From the NCBI GenBank assembly GCA_965249135.1, contig OZ252220.1, positions 672,001-736,000 of the forward strand: 64,000 nucleotides of DNA, given 5' to 3'. The notes below the pieces were generated by a model that was given only the letters and a program-made list of their open reading frames with translations, was not told where the DNA came from and made no database searches. The DNA comes from Alphaproteobacteria bacterium. GTDB lineage: Bacteria; Pseudomonadota; Alphaproteobacteria; GCA-2746255. Made by a program: the position numbers and the translations under genes. Shown here piece after piece: positions 47,152 through 57,421 of this stretch. Numbering within the stretch: the first letter of the stretch is position 1; every line of letters starts with the position of its first letter.

Positions 47152-47864
47152 ATGCGCTCTCTCTGGTTGTCGCTCCACGAGCGGCTGGTGCACAGCACCG
47201 AAGACCTCACCTTCCAACGACGATCCAGACCCTGGCACGCTCCGATCCCGTGCTCGCGCCCTTCTCCGATCCAGGCGCGCTGCTCGCGTTGCTGCACGGC
47301 CGTGACGCGGAGCCGGAAGAGAAGAACCGCATCCTCACCGCGCTGGTCGCGGAAGCCCAGACGGGCGGCTCCTCCGGCGAGACCGCTCAGACCATGCTCT
47401 GGCTCGCGCTCTGGCCCGGCCTCGATGCCGTCCACCGGCGGCTGTCGCGGTTCTACCGGAGCGCGCCCGAGGAGTTGGTCTCGGAGATCGCCGGGCGGTT
47501 CACGACCGGGATCGCCCGTCTCGATCGCTCGCGCGTCCGCCGCATCGCGGCGACGCTGATCCGCAATGTCGAGCGCGACATCCGCGCCCGGCCCAGCCCG
47601 ATCCCGGCGGACGAGCCGATGGAGGAGGCCGCGCCCTTGTCGGTCCTGGGTCTGCCCGATGGCGTGGACCCGGAGCTGGCGACGGAACTCCTGGGCGAGC
47701 GTCTCCGCGCCTGGATCGGCGATGACGCGGACATCGTCCTCGCCATCGCGGTCGTCGGCGAGACCTCGGACGAGGTTGCGGCCCGCCTCGGCACGACCGC
47801 CTCGGCCGTGCGCAAGCGCTACCGGCGCGCCCTCGCCCGGTTGCGGACCGCGTGGGAGGAATAA
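47152..47864 (+). pseudogene. Sigma-70/ECF-like protein, frameshift at ~47224
   Basis: LWLALWPGLDAV...IAATLIRN.ERD and a region-4 HTH EVAARLGTTASAVRKRYRRAL; the N-terminus MRSLWLSLHERL is in another frame. Confidence 0.7.
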
Positions 47865-47876
47865 TTCGGGGCGGCG

Positions 47877-47911
47877 TGTCCCAATCCGCCGCCAAAAGTC
47901 GCTTTTACCAA
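47877..47911 (+). promoter_or_regulatory. Element-specific promoter-like motif, copy B (faces the recombination operon)
   Basis: TGTCCCAATCCGCCGCCAAAAGTCGCTTTTACCAA, 40 bp upstream of ATG 47952. Confidence 0.7.
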
Positions 47912-47951
47912 GTAGGGGCCGGCCTCGCCGGTTGCGCCAAGGCGGCACGCG

Positions 47952-48161
47952 ATGACCCACAACGCACTCGATCCCGACCGCATGAGCACCGCCGAGCGGC
48001 TCGATGAGCTCGCCCGCATCCTGGCCGCGGGACTGGTGCGTCTCCGAAACCGGTGCTTCTCTGGAAAACGTCATGAGTCCAACGCGTTGAGAGAAGGTTC
48101 GCTGGACTTCCCGGCCCCGCAGAGCGTTCATGACGCACCTCGAACGGAGAACCCGTCATGA
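47952..48161 (+). CDS. Small conserved protein preceding DUF2924
   Basis: DPDRMSTAERLDELARILAAGLVRL; ATGA overlap with the next gene. Confidence 0.7.
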   Translation: MTHNALDPDRMSTAERLDELARILAAGLVRLRNRCFSGKRHESNALREGSLDFPAPQSVHDAPRTENPS

Positions 48162-48601
48162 CCGAACTCATCGCCCGGATCGCGGCCCTCAAGACGACGC
48201 CGACGCCGGACCTCCAGGCGCAATGGCGCGAGCTCTTCGAAAGCGAGCCGCCCAGGCGGAACCGCGGATACCTCGAGAGCCGCATCGCCTACCGCATCCA
48301 GGAGCTCGAGCACGGCGGGCTCTCGCCCGCCACCATCGCCCGCCTCGAGGCGCTCGGCGAGACCCTCGACGGCGGTGACGCGACGGTCCGCAAGCGCCGC
48401 GTCGACGGCCGGCCGGTCACCGGCACCCGCCTCATCCGCGAATACCAGGGTGTCGAGCACTGCATTACGGTTATGGCTGACGGCTTCGAATACCAGGGCC
48501 GGCCCTACAAATCGCTCTCGGCCGTCGCCCGCGCCATCACCGGCACCCGCTGGAACGGGCCGCTGTTCTTCGGACTCCGGAACTCTGGAGGCGCCCGATG
48601 A
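48158..48601 (+). CDS. DUF2924 domain protein
   Basis: RIAYRIQELEHGGL, GTRLIREYQG, YKSLSAVARAITGTRWNGPLFFGL. Confidence 0.92.
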   Translation: MTELIARIAALKTTPTPDLQAQWRELFESEPPRRNRGYLESRIAYRIQELEHGGLSPATIARLEALGETLDGGDATVRKRRVDGRPVTGTRLIREYQGVEHCITVMADGFEYQGRPYKSLSAVARAITGTRWNGPLFFGLRNSGGAR

Positions 48602-49910
48602 GCAAGTCCCCGCCACGTAAGTTCCGCTGCGCGGTCTATACCCGCAAATCGAGCGAGGAAGGGCTCGACATGGCGTTCAATTCCCTCGACGCCCAGCGCG
48701 AGGCATGCGAGGCCTATATCGCGAGCCAGAAGCCCGAGGGCTGGGTGGCGATGGATGACCGCTACGACGACGGCGGCATCTCCGGCGCCACCCTCGAGCG
48801 GCTGGCGCTTGTCCGGCTCCTCGCCGACATCGAGGCCGGCCGCGTCGACATCGTGGTGGTCTACAAGATCGACCGCCTGAGCCGCTCGCTCATGGATTTC
48901 GCGAAGCTGATCGAGGTGTTCGAGACCCACGGCGTGACCTTCGTCTCGATCACCCAGCAGTTCAACACCACCACGCCCATGGGCCGGCTCACCCTCAACA
49001 TCCTGCTCTCCTTCGCCCAGTTCGAGCGCGAGGTCACCGCCGAGCGCATCCGCGACAAGTTCGCCGCCAGCCGCCGCAAGGGCATGTGGATGGGCGGCAA
49101 CCCGCCACTCGGCTACGACGTCAAGGACCGCAAGCTGGTGGTGAATACGGAGGAGGCCGCGGTGGTGCGCATGATATTCGAGCGCTTCACGGCCGTCGGC
49201 TCCGCCACCCAGCTCGCGAGGACCCTGCGGGCCGAGGGCGTCGTCACCAAGCGCGGCCGGCCCATCGACAAGGGGACCCTCTACCGGCTCATCAACAACC
49301 GGGTCTATATCGGCGAGGCCGTTCACAAGGGCCGGAGTTACCCCGGGGAGCACGAGGCCATCGTCCCGCGCGTCCTCTGGGACAAGGTCCACGGCATCCT
49401 GAAGGAGAGCCCGCGCCTGCGCGCCAATATCACCCGGGCGCAGACCCCGGCGCTGCTCAAGGGCCTCGTCTTCGGCGCCGGCGGCCGTGCCATGACGCCC
49501 ACCCATACCCGCAAACGCGGCCGGTTCTACCGCTACTACGTCGCCGCTGGGCTCGCCAAGGGCGAGATCCCGGCAGGCGTTGTGCGCCGCGTGTCCGCTG
49601 CCGAGATCGAGGCCGCCGCCGTCCATGAGCTCCGCACCCTGCTGCGCGCGCCGGAGGTCGTCGTCGCCACCTGGCGCGCGGCCCGGGAACGGGACGGCGC
49701 GCTCACCGAGACCGAGGTTCGCGATGCCCTGCAGGATCTCGTCCGCTGTGGGAGGAGCTGTTCCCCGCCGAGCAGGCCCGCCTGGTCCAGCTCCTCGTCC
49801 GGCGCGTCGAGGTCCACCCGGAGGGGTTGAAGCTGCATCTCCGCGTCGACGGGCTCCGCAGCCCGGTCGCCGACATGCGAGCGGAACAGGACCAGAGGAG
49901 GGCCGCCTGA
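48598..49910 (+). pseudogene. Large serine recombinase, frameshift at ~49741
   Basis: CAVYTRKS (catalytic Ser), YKIDRLSRS, FAQFERE, recombinase domain; the C-terminus PLWEELFPAEQARLVQLL is in another frame. Confidence 0.9.
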
Positions 49911-50315
49911 TGACCGAGGCCCGGTTGAGCGACGACGGCGCCACCCTTACCGTCTGGATCCCCATGGCCTTCACGCTCCGGGGCGGGCGCAGGCTGGCGG
50001 TCTCGCCCGACGGCGCGCCGGCCTGGGCCGGGCCTTCGAGCGGGGTCGGATACCCTGGTCAAGGCGCTGGCCCGCGCCTTCCGCTGGCGCAGGCTCCTGG
50101 AGACCGGCGTCCACGGCACCGTCGACGAGATCGCCCGCGCCGAGGGGATCAACGACTCCTGCGTGAGCCGCATCCTGCGCCTCGCCCTGCCCGCCCCCGA
50201 CAGGGTCGGGACCATCCTCGACGGACGGCAGCCGCCCGCGTTCACCCTGGTGCGGCTGATGAAGCCGTTTCCGGTGGAATGGGAACGGCAGCGCGGGTGG
50301 ATTCAGGACTGGTGA
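49910..50315 (+). pseudogene. Recombinase-associated HTH protein, frameshifted
   Basis: LTVWIPM...RGGRR in one frame, TLVKALARAFRWRRLLETG...PVEWERQR in another. Confidence 0.7.
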
Positions 50316-50427
50316 CGCTGCTCCGCCGCTTTGCCTGGGTGAGATAGAAGCGGAGCGTCAGGAATGCGGCGATTACAACGCGAGCAATCTCAGGCGCTTC
50401 CGGCATGACCGGGTCTGGCGGTCCGGT

Positions 50428-53400
50428 CTAGAACGTCACCCTGAGGCCGGCATTGAAGCCATGAGCGGCGGCCCCGTCGCCATACCGGCCCTTGTAGGCC
50501 AGCCCGAGAAAGGCATTGGCCGAAAGGCCGGCCTCGACGCCGAACTCGGTGACCAGGGAATCCTCGGCGGTCGGAGCGCCGGTGACCGTGAAGGCGGTGG
50601 TGCTGCCCCGCAGCGTGGCGGTCGACGACGGGTCGGTGTCGCCGAAGGCATACCGCCAGCCCGCCATGCCGCGGAGATGGATCATGTCATCCACCTCTAT
50701 CGCGCCGCGCAGACCGAGCGTCGTGAACGTCGTGTTGTTGGTATCCGACGAGGCCGCCAGGGCCGCATCGCCGCCGCTTTCGCTGAAGCCGTCCGTGGCG
50801 AGATTGGTATGGGACACGCCGGCAAAAGGCTCCAGCATCAACGCGCCGGCCTGCACCTCGTATCCGGCTTCGGCAAAGAGCTGCCAGCTCCTGGCGTCGT
50901 AGCCGGCCGACAGGCGCTCCGGGGAATAGTTGGTGAAGCTGACCGTCCGGCTGGTGTCCACGGCGTGCCAGTTATGGATCGCTCCGAAGCCGAGACCCCA
51001 AGCGCCGGCCTCGGCGCCGCCATAAAGACCGGCGGACCATGTGTCGACCGAAGCAGAGGACAACCGCGCACGCTGGCTCACATCCGTCCGGCTGTAGCCG
51101 CCGAGGACACCGAGGCGCCAGTGGTCGCCCAACGCACGGTCGGCGCCGAACAGGACGCCGCGCAGGTCCGTCTCCATCCGCGCCGTGCCCGTGCCGGGCG
51201 TGGCATCGGTCTCGCCCCAGGCACCGTAGCCGGTGATCCACGAGCCGCTATCGCGGTCGGCCAGCGACGACGGATTGCCGAAGGCCGCCGTCGATGTCCG
51301 TGCGTCCGATGTCTGTGCGTCCGATGTCTGTGCGTCCGATGTCTGTGCGCCGGGATCGCCGAAGCGCCCGTTCATGCGGCTTTTGACGGCCGCGACCTGT
51401 CTTTGGCCCGTGTCCATCAACGCCCCCTTGAGGGACGCATGCGCCTCGCCCGAAAGCGCATCGGAGGCGGCCCGTACTTCCTCCGCCGTGTTCAGGCCCA
51501 GAATAGCCTGTGTGATTGAGTTGTCTTCTTCCAGGCTGTCGAGTTCCAGGCTGTCGAGGGCGTTGGCCGCCGCCCGCTGGTTGGCCGATCCGGTAACACC
51601 GGTAACCTCGACGATAGTGATGCTGTTTCTTGTGACAGCCAATTCCACATAGTCGGCCCCGTCGCCGACGTCGCCGTCGTCGAGATAGTCCAGCTCATAG
51701 TCCATGAACAATGAGCCGCCGATGACTTCATCGAATTTGTCTTTGATGGTGGAAATGCGATCGGCGTCAAGGATCGTATAGGTGCCCTCATAAGCGCCCA
51801 CGACTCTCACCGTGCCGCCAAGGCGGGCTAAGCCGGTGACGGTGAGCAGGTCGCTACTACCGTTCGGGCCGGTCGTGACGGTAAAAGTGCTGCCTTGCTC
51901 GCCCAAGAAAATGCCCGTCAGAGCGGTCTCCTGCACGGCGCTCGCACCGCCCGGCGACAAATCGCCCCAATTGGTGAAGCGATTGTTGAGACTGAGAATC
52001 ACCGCGGTGCCGGAATTGAACGTTGCGCCCGCCATGTTGTTGAAGGAATTGGCCCCTGCACCCAGATCGATGGTGCCGGGGGCCGTCAACGTGCCCCAAT
52101 TGTCGATTGTCTCGTCGCCGGAGCCCCCCAGCACGTCGTCATATTCTACTAAGACACCGTTTGATCGAATCCTTTCGCCGCCGCGGACCGTCACAGGGCC
52201 CCTGATCGTCAGCGTATTGGTCGCACCATTACTAATTTCGACGCCTGCGCCCTTGGCACTGGTGATGGTCCCGCCATGCAGCGTGATGCTGATGGCGCCA
52301 TTGGATTGTGCATAGATCCCGGTGCTGGTATCGCCCGAGGCGGTGATGTCGCCCGTCACGTCAATCTTAACAACAGCAGAGCTGTTAGGATTATCGGTAC
52401 CGCTATCGTTATCGGAGTATGCATAGATCCCCGAGCTGTTACCGCCTGAGGTGGTGATGTCGCCCGTAAAGTTAACCGTCACAGCGCCATTGCCATAGGA
52501 TAGTGCATAGATCCCCTCGCTCTCCTCGCCCGAGGTGGTGATAGTGCTGCCGTTCTTCATTGTAACCGTCACATCGCCTTTGCCATAGGATTCTGCATAG
52601 ATCCCCTCGCTCTCCTCGCCCGAGGTGGTGATATCGCCCGTCACTACCGTAATATCAATATTGCCGGCGCTGTTCTCGTCCTCGATATACGCAGAAATCC
52701 CTCTGCTTTTCTTTTTCGTGGTGGTGATATCGCCCTCCAGGTCAACCGTCACATCGCCGTCGGAAGCTGCAGAGATCCCGCCGCTGCTTTCGCCATAGGT
52801 GGTGATATCGCCCGTCACATTAACCGTCACATCGCCGTTTTTATCGGAATTTACATAGATCCCATCGCTGCCCTCGTCCGAGGTGGTGATATCGCCCGTC
52901 ATTGTGACCGTCACATCGCCGTCGCCCCCGGAATCTGCAGAGATCCCCTCGCTGTCCTCGCCCGAGGTCTTGATATTGCCCGTCACTGTAACCGTCACAT
53001 CGCCGTCGCCATCGGATTTTGCTGCGATTCCGCTGCTCTGCTCCTCGCCCAAGGTGTTGATATTACCATCCACTGTAACCATCACGTCGCCGTCGCCATC
53101 GGATTTTGCAACGATTCCGTCGGCGTTAATGCCCTCGGTGATGATATTGCTGCCCTTCTTCATGTTAACCGTCACAGCGCCATCGGAATTTGCATAGATC
53201 CCACGGCTCCTTTGCTTGGCTTTGATATTGCCCCTAAATGTAACCGTCACATCGCCGTCTTCGCCGCCACCGCCACCCGACTTTGCATAGATCCCTGCGC
53301 TGCTGGTAGTACCGAGCCCGATAAGCATGTCGGGATCGCCCTCGGTTTCGATATCGCCCGTCACATTAACCGTCACATCGCCGTCGTCCTCGGATCTTGC

Positions 53401-53931
53401 ATAGACCCCTTCGCTGCACTCCTGGTTATCACTTATGTGGCAAATACCCTTGGCGGTGATCTTGCCCGTCACATTAACCGTCACATCGCCAGCGGATCTT
53501 GCAGAGATTCCTCTGGCGTTAGTGCCCTTGGTGGTGATGCCGTTGGCACCGGTATCGACGGTGAGGGTGATGTCGGTATTACCGTAGGTGTCAGTGTCTT
53601 CGTTATGGGTATCAAAATTGATCCCGCTTGTCCCTGCCTCCGGAGCGATATCGCCGTTCAGAGTATTGACTTTGAGCGTGTTGTAGGTGCCGTGCGGACT
53701 ATTGACCTGCACACCACCGGACAGGTCGCCGGTACAGGTCACCGTCGTGCCGCTGTCGGTGCACTCCGGGGATCCCGGTGTGAACGATTGCGCCTGCGCA
53801 GCGAGCCCCCCGCCGAAAAGCATCGCACCCGCAGCAGCCCACAACAACAGCGCATTGCGCAATGTGCGGGAACGCGAGACGGTCACGGCACCGCCGGCGC
53901 CGCGGCCTTCGCAGTCGCTCTCAGGGTTCAT
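50428..53931 (-). CDS. Autotransporter (type V secretion) with repetitive beta-helical passenger
   Basis: Signal peptide (GLAAQA), about ten GDVTV...GDITT.G..S.GI.A repeats, C-terminal beta-barrel ending FNAGLRVTF. Start uncertain (53931-54036). Confidence 0.92.
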   Translation of the reverse strand: MNPESDCEGRGAGGAVTVSRSRTLRNALLLWAAAGAMLFGGGLAAQAQSFTPGSPECTDSGTTVTCTGDLSGGVQVNSPHGTYNTLKVNTLNGDIAPEAGTSGINFDTHNEDTDTYGNTDITLTVDTGANGITTKGTNARGISARSAGDVTVNVTGKITAKGICHISDNQECSEGVYARSEDDGDVTVNVTGDIETEGDPDMLIGLGTTSSAGIYAKSGGGGGEDGDVTVTFRGNIKAKQRSRGIYANSDGAVTVNMKKGSNIITEGINADGIVAKSDGDGDVMVTVDGNINTLGEEQSSGIAAKSDGDGDVTVTVTGNIKTSGEDSEGISADSGGDGDVTVTMTGDITTSDEGSDGIYVNSDKNGDVTVNVTGDITTYGESSGGISAASDGDVTVDLEGDITTTKKKSRGISAYIEDENSAGNIDITVVTGDITTSGEESEGIYAESYGKGDVTVTMKNGSTITTSGEESEGIYALSYGNGAVTVNFTGDITTSGGNSSGIYAYSDNDSGTDNPNSSAVVKIDVTGDITASGDTSTGIYAQSNGAISITLHGGTITSAKGAGVEISNGATNTLTIRGPVTVRGGERIRSNGVLVEYDDVLGGSGDETIDNWGTLTAPGTIDLGAGANSFNNMAGATFNSGTAVILSLNNRFTNWGDLSPGGASAVQETALTGIFLGEQGSTFTVTTGPNGSSDLLTVTGLARLGGTVRVVGAYEGTYTILDADRISTIKDKFDEVIGGSLFMDYELDYLDDGDVGDGADYVELAVTRNSITIVEVTGVTGSANQRAAANALDSLELDSLEEDNSITQAILGLNTAEEVRAASDALSGEAHASLKGALMDTGQRQVAAVKSRMNGRFGDPGAQTSDAQTSDAQTSDARTSTAAFGNPSSLADRDSGSWITGYGAWGETDATPGTGTARMETDLRGVLFGADRALGDHWRLGVLGGYSRTDVSQRARLSSASVDTWSAGLYGGAEAGAWGLGFGAIHNWHAVDTSRTVSFTNYSPERLSAGYDARSWQLFAEAGYEVQAGALMLEPFAGVSHTNLATDGFSESGGDAALAASSDTNNTTFTTLGLRGAIEVDDMIHLRGMAGWRYAFGDTDPSSTATLRGSTTAFTVTGAPTAEDSLVTEFGVEAGLSANAFLGLAYKGRYGDGAAAHGFNAGLRVTF
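51293..51348. repeat. 15-bp tandem repeat encoding (AQTSD)n in the autotransporter linker
   Basis: GATGTCTGTGCGTCC, ~3.7 copies. Confidence 0.9.
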
Positions 53932-54060
53932 CGCGCAACGCGTATTTCGCATGAAAGGCTCATCCCCAAAACATCCCTTACCCCGCGGTTGGCACGTCGC
54001 TGCCTCGCCTAAATCCACCTGATCCCAGGTTAACAACCGCCGAATCTTCCTGCAAGAGGC

Positions 54061-55186
54061 TGTCCTCGTTCAGGACATATGAGACGGCTGGGCATCGTTG
54101 GCTGCTCGGTGAGCAAGGTACTCGGCGGGTGTTTGTCCGCCAAGGGCCTGATGCGGCCGGAAGGTGTTGAACTCGTTGGCGAAAGCGTCGAGCCATCGGT
54201 TGGTGTCCTCGAGGTTGTCGGTGTCGAGTTGCCAGCAGGCGTAGAACTCGTAGCGCCAAGCCCCGTTGTTGCGCTCGACATGTCCGTTGAGTTCGGGCGA
54301 TCGGGGCGGCAACTCGAAGAGCTCGATGTCGCGCCGCTGACACTCGCTCTCGAAGGCGGCCTTGAACTCGGCGCCGCCGTCGACCTGGATGGCAGTGATG
54401 GGGAAGGGCATGTCGGCTTGCAGCTTGTCGAGGAAGCGCTTGGCGTTGTGAGCCGTGGCGCGCCGGTAGGCTCGGGCACAGGTCCATTTGGCCACCGGAT
54501 CGCAGGCGGTGAACTGTTTGACGGCGGGGTGCCCGGCACGGGGCGTGAGGGTGAGAGTATCGACCTGGACGATCTCGCCGGGCCGCGTGGGTCTGCGGCC
54601 CTTGGGCAATCGCCTGGCATGGGGGCGGTGCGCCGTGCCGCGCCGGGGGCGCGGTGCCTGAGGATGGGCACGGGCAGGACCTGGCCCGGACCACCAGCAT
54701 CTTCAGGATGCGCCCGACGGTGCTTTCGCTCACCGTGTATCCCTGGCGGCGCAGGATGACGGCGAGCTTGGCCTTGCCCCACATGGGGTAGTCGTGGCGC
54801 AGCTCCTTGACCGCCGCGACCAGCGCCGGCGGCCAGTCCGGCCGACGCAGGCGCCGGGGCCGGCGCGATCCCGGCTCGGGACGGTTCCGCCACCGATAGA
54901 GGGTGGACCGCGGCACGCCGACGACCTCGGCCGCCCGATCGGCGGTCAAGCCGCCGGGTTTGGCTTTGCGCCAGCGGTGCACCGCGTCGCGTCTGATCGA
55001 CGCTTCGCGATCTGCGGACTGCGCGTCGATCAGACGAGACGCGGTCTTGGCGTTTCGGATAACGTGACACGGCAGGCTTCGGACCTGCATGGGGGCCTCC
55101 TTCGGCTGGTGGTTGCACCATCACAGCCTCGGAGACCCCCGCCCCCACATCAAGGGCCGCGTCCCACATCTGTCTGAACTAGGTCA
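54061..55186 (-). mobile_element. IS481 family insertion sequence with a frameshifted transposase
   Basis: N-terminal HTH (GVPRSTLYRW) and rve core (VQVD, IQVDGGAEF, NGHVER) in different frames; imperfect IRs TGTCCTCGTTCAG and TGACCTAGTTCAG; flanks GAGGC/GAGAC. Confidence 0.88.
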
Positions 55187-55303
55187 GAGACAAGCTCCGG
55201 GCGTTCGAAGGCCTCGGCCAAGTGTTCTCGAACGGCGTCGAGCGCCGGCGGAGGCGGCCCACCACGTATCGCAAGCGCGAGAATTCAAAGTGACCCACTA
55301 CCG

Positions 55304-55618
55304 GCTGTACGGATCACTGGACTCCGCCCCCGCACCGTGCAGGATAGGGCGAAGAAGGGGAAAATCCCCGGGGCCGCCAAGCTCGGCGGCGTGTGGACCT
55401 TCGACAGAGCGAAGCTGCGGCGGTGGGTGCGAAGGAAGGAGCGCAAATGCCGAAACATCTCTACTGTCGAGACGGCACTTGGTACGCCCACCTTCGCGTT
55501 CGGGGACGTCTCTATCGACGAAGCCTGCAGACAACTATCAATCCACGGCACGGCGCCGCCTGAAGAAGATCCTCGAGGAGGCCGACCACTTGCGCTTCCA
55601 CGGGGAGGCCCGCCATAG
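55304..55618 (+). pseudogene. Excisionase-like HTH protein, start unclear
   Basis: AVRITGLRPRTVQDRAKKGKIPGAAKLGGVWTFD, overlapping the integrase start. Confidence 0.65.
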
Positions 55619-56513
55619 CTGGAAGGAAGCCACCGTGCGGTGGGCCGTGGAATACCCCGCCCAGGTCAAACCGGCCGCCATGAAGCGGTATCTCGTCTCC
55701 GTCCGTCAGCTCGACCCTGACTTCGGCGACGTCTACCTCGACGAGATCACCCGGCGGCGGATCGCCGATTTCGTTTCTCACCGCAAGAAAGAGGCGACGA
55801 ACGCCACGATCCGGCGCGATCTCACGGCGCTTTCCCGAATCCTCGCCTGTTGCGTCGCCTGGGGCTGGATCGAGACGAATCCGGCCCGCGACTTCGACCG
55901 CTCGGTCCTGCGCGAACGACGCGACCCGATCGTGCCGCCGGCCGATGAGGACGTCGCTTGGTTCTTAAAATTCTGCTCGGGTAATTTTGCCCGCGCCGTC
56001 CAACTCCTCCGGCAAACCGGGATGCGCGCCGAGGAAGGCTTCTCCCTCGAGCAGCGCCAATGCGACCTCAGGCGCCGCGAGATCCTGCTCCCCCGCACCA
56101 AGACGAATCGGCCCCGGGTGATACCGCTCGCCGATCCCCTGCTCGCCCCTGCCAGTATCACATTAAGTATCACACCCCGGCACCTGACCTCGCCTTTCGT
56201 CTTTTGGCACGGCGACGGGAAACGCTACAAGAATGTCGCCAGCCGCTTTGCCGCCATAATGAAGCGGGCAGAACGGAAGGCATTGGAGCAAAAGCGCGAG
56301 TTCCGGCGGTTTCGCTGCCATGATCTCCGGCACAAATTCGCCATCGAATACCTGAAGGAAGGCGGCGGCGTCTACGAGCTTGCTCAGATTCTCGGCCACT
56401 CATCGGTCAAGACGACCGAGCTCTACCTCGCTTTTACGAGCGAAGGAGTATCCCAAAAAGTATCACAGCGGCGGCGGTTTTCCGGCGAAGACAGCTCAGC
56501 GGAGACAAACTAA
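55447..56513 (+). pseudogene. Tyrosine integrase, frameshift at ~55536
   Basis: TGMRAEE, TKT, HDLRH, LGHSS, TTELY. The natural N-terminus MPKHLYCRDGTWYA...RRSLQT is out of frame; gene abuts the tRNA 3' end. Confidence 0.85.
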
Positions 56514-56523
56514 CTCATTGAAT

Positions 56524-56616
56524 TGGCGGAGGGAGGGGGATTCGAACCCCCGATACGGTGTTAAACCGCATAACGGTTTAGCAAACCGTCGCCTTCAGCC
56601 ACTCGGCCACCCCTCC
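56524..56616 (-). tRNA. tRNA-Ser(GCT)
   Basis: GGAGGGGTGGCCGAGTGG...ACGGT-TTGCTAA-ACCGT, long variable arm, GTTCGAATC, ends CCA. Confidence 0.96.
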
Positions 56617-56866
56617 AACGCGGGAACCCTGCGAATCCAGCCCCGTACGCGCGTTCTAGCGGCGGCGCCGAAAGCTGTCAATGAAGCGCCCCCGCTTTCG
56701 CCCCTAAAAACCCTGGTTTTCTGCGGCATTCGGCCGTTTCCGGCGAAGCGCCTTGCCTCGCTTTCGTTTTCCGTTAACATTTCCTTACGAGGGGGGAGGC
56801 TATCCTCTAGGAAGGCATACAAAAACCGGCATCGGCGGGGGTTTCCTGCCGTGGGGGGCTCGGTGC

Positions 56867-57409
56867 ATGGGAAAACGGATAGCAGGTTTCGCGTTGACGG
56901 CCGCCGTTCTATGGGCCGCTTCCGGCGACAAGGCCTTGGCGGAAGACTCGAAGCTCGTGGTCGCCAAGGCGGCGTCCGTGCGCGCTCTTCAGTCCGAACT
57001 CATGGTCGCCGCCCTTGCCTGCCCCGGTGATCTCGGGGTCTCGCTCATTCAAAACTACAATCGTTTCGTCCGTCACTTCTCGCCGGCGCTTATCCGCAGC
57101 GCCGATACGCTGCGCACGCATTTCCGGGCAACCTACGGCGCAAAACATGCGATCCGTTTCGATTCCTTCCTCACCCGCCTTGCCAACCGGGCCTCCTTAA
57201 GCTCGATCCGCGAGGCGGCCTATTGCGAGGACCGGGCCGAACTGGTCGAGGCGGCGCTCGGCCTGAACGATTCGGATCTCGAAAGCTTCACGATCATCAC
57301 CTACACGACGACGGCCGACCTCATCGGCAAAGAGCCGTTCACCCTTACCCCTGAGACGCACCTCGCCGCCCGTGCAGCGCTTGAGAAAGCAGCCAGGCGT
57401 TCCAAATAG
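56867..57409 (+). CDS. Secreted hypothetical protein
   Basis: Signal peptide, LQSELMVAALAC...YNRFV...FLTRLAN...YC. Confidence 0.7.
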   Translation: MGKRIAGFALTAAVLWAASGDKALAEDSKLVVAKAASVRALQSELMVAALACPGDLGVSLIQNYNRFVRHFSPALIRSADTLRTHFRATYGAKHAIRFDSFLTRLANRASLSSIREAAYCEDRAELVEAALGLNDSDLESFTIITYTTTADLIGKEPFTLTPETHLAARAALEKAARRSK

Positions 57410-57421
57410 ACTCTTTTCGTT

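Larger units (their letters stand above)
32122..50345. mobile_element. Defective lambda-like prophage/integrative element (large serine recombinase type); head and tail genes absent
   Basis: GC-rich block with recombinase+DUF2924, XRE/ImmA, sigma-like gene, ATPase/SSB/exonuclease/helicase/primase/RuvC, late-control region and cos-like site. Many lesions; right boundary approximate. Confidence 0.85.

Noticed and set aside
52300-53520. Autotransporter repeats as a DGR template/variable pair
   Set aside because: No reverse transcriptase, differences are not adenine-specific, and the repeats are in-frame structural units.
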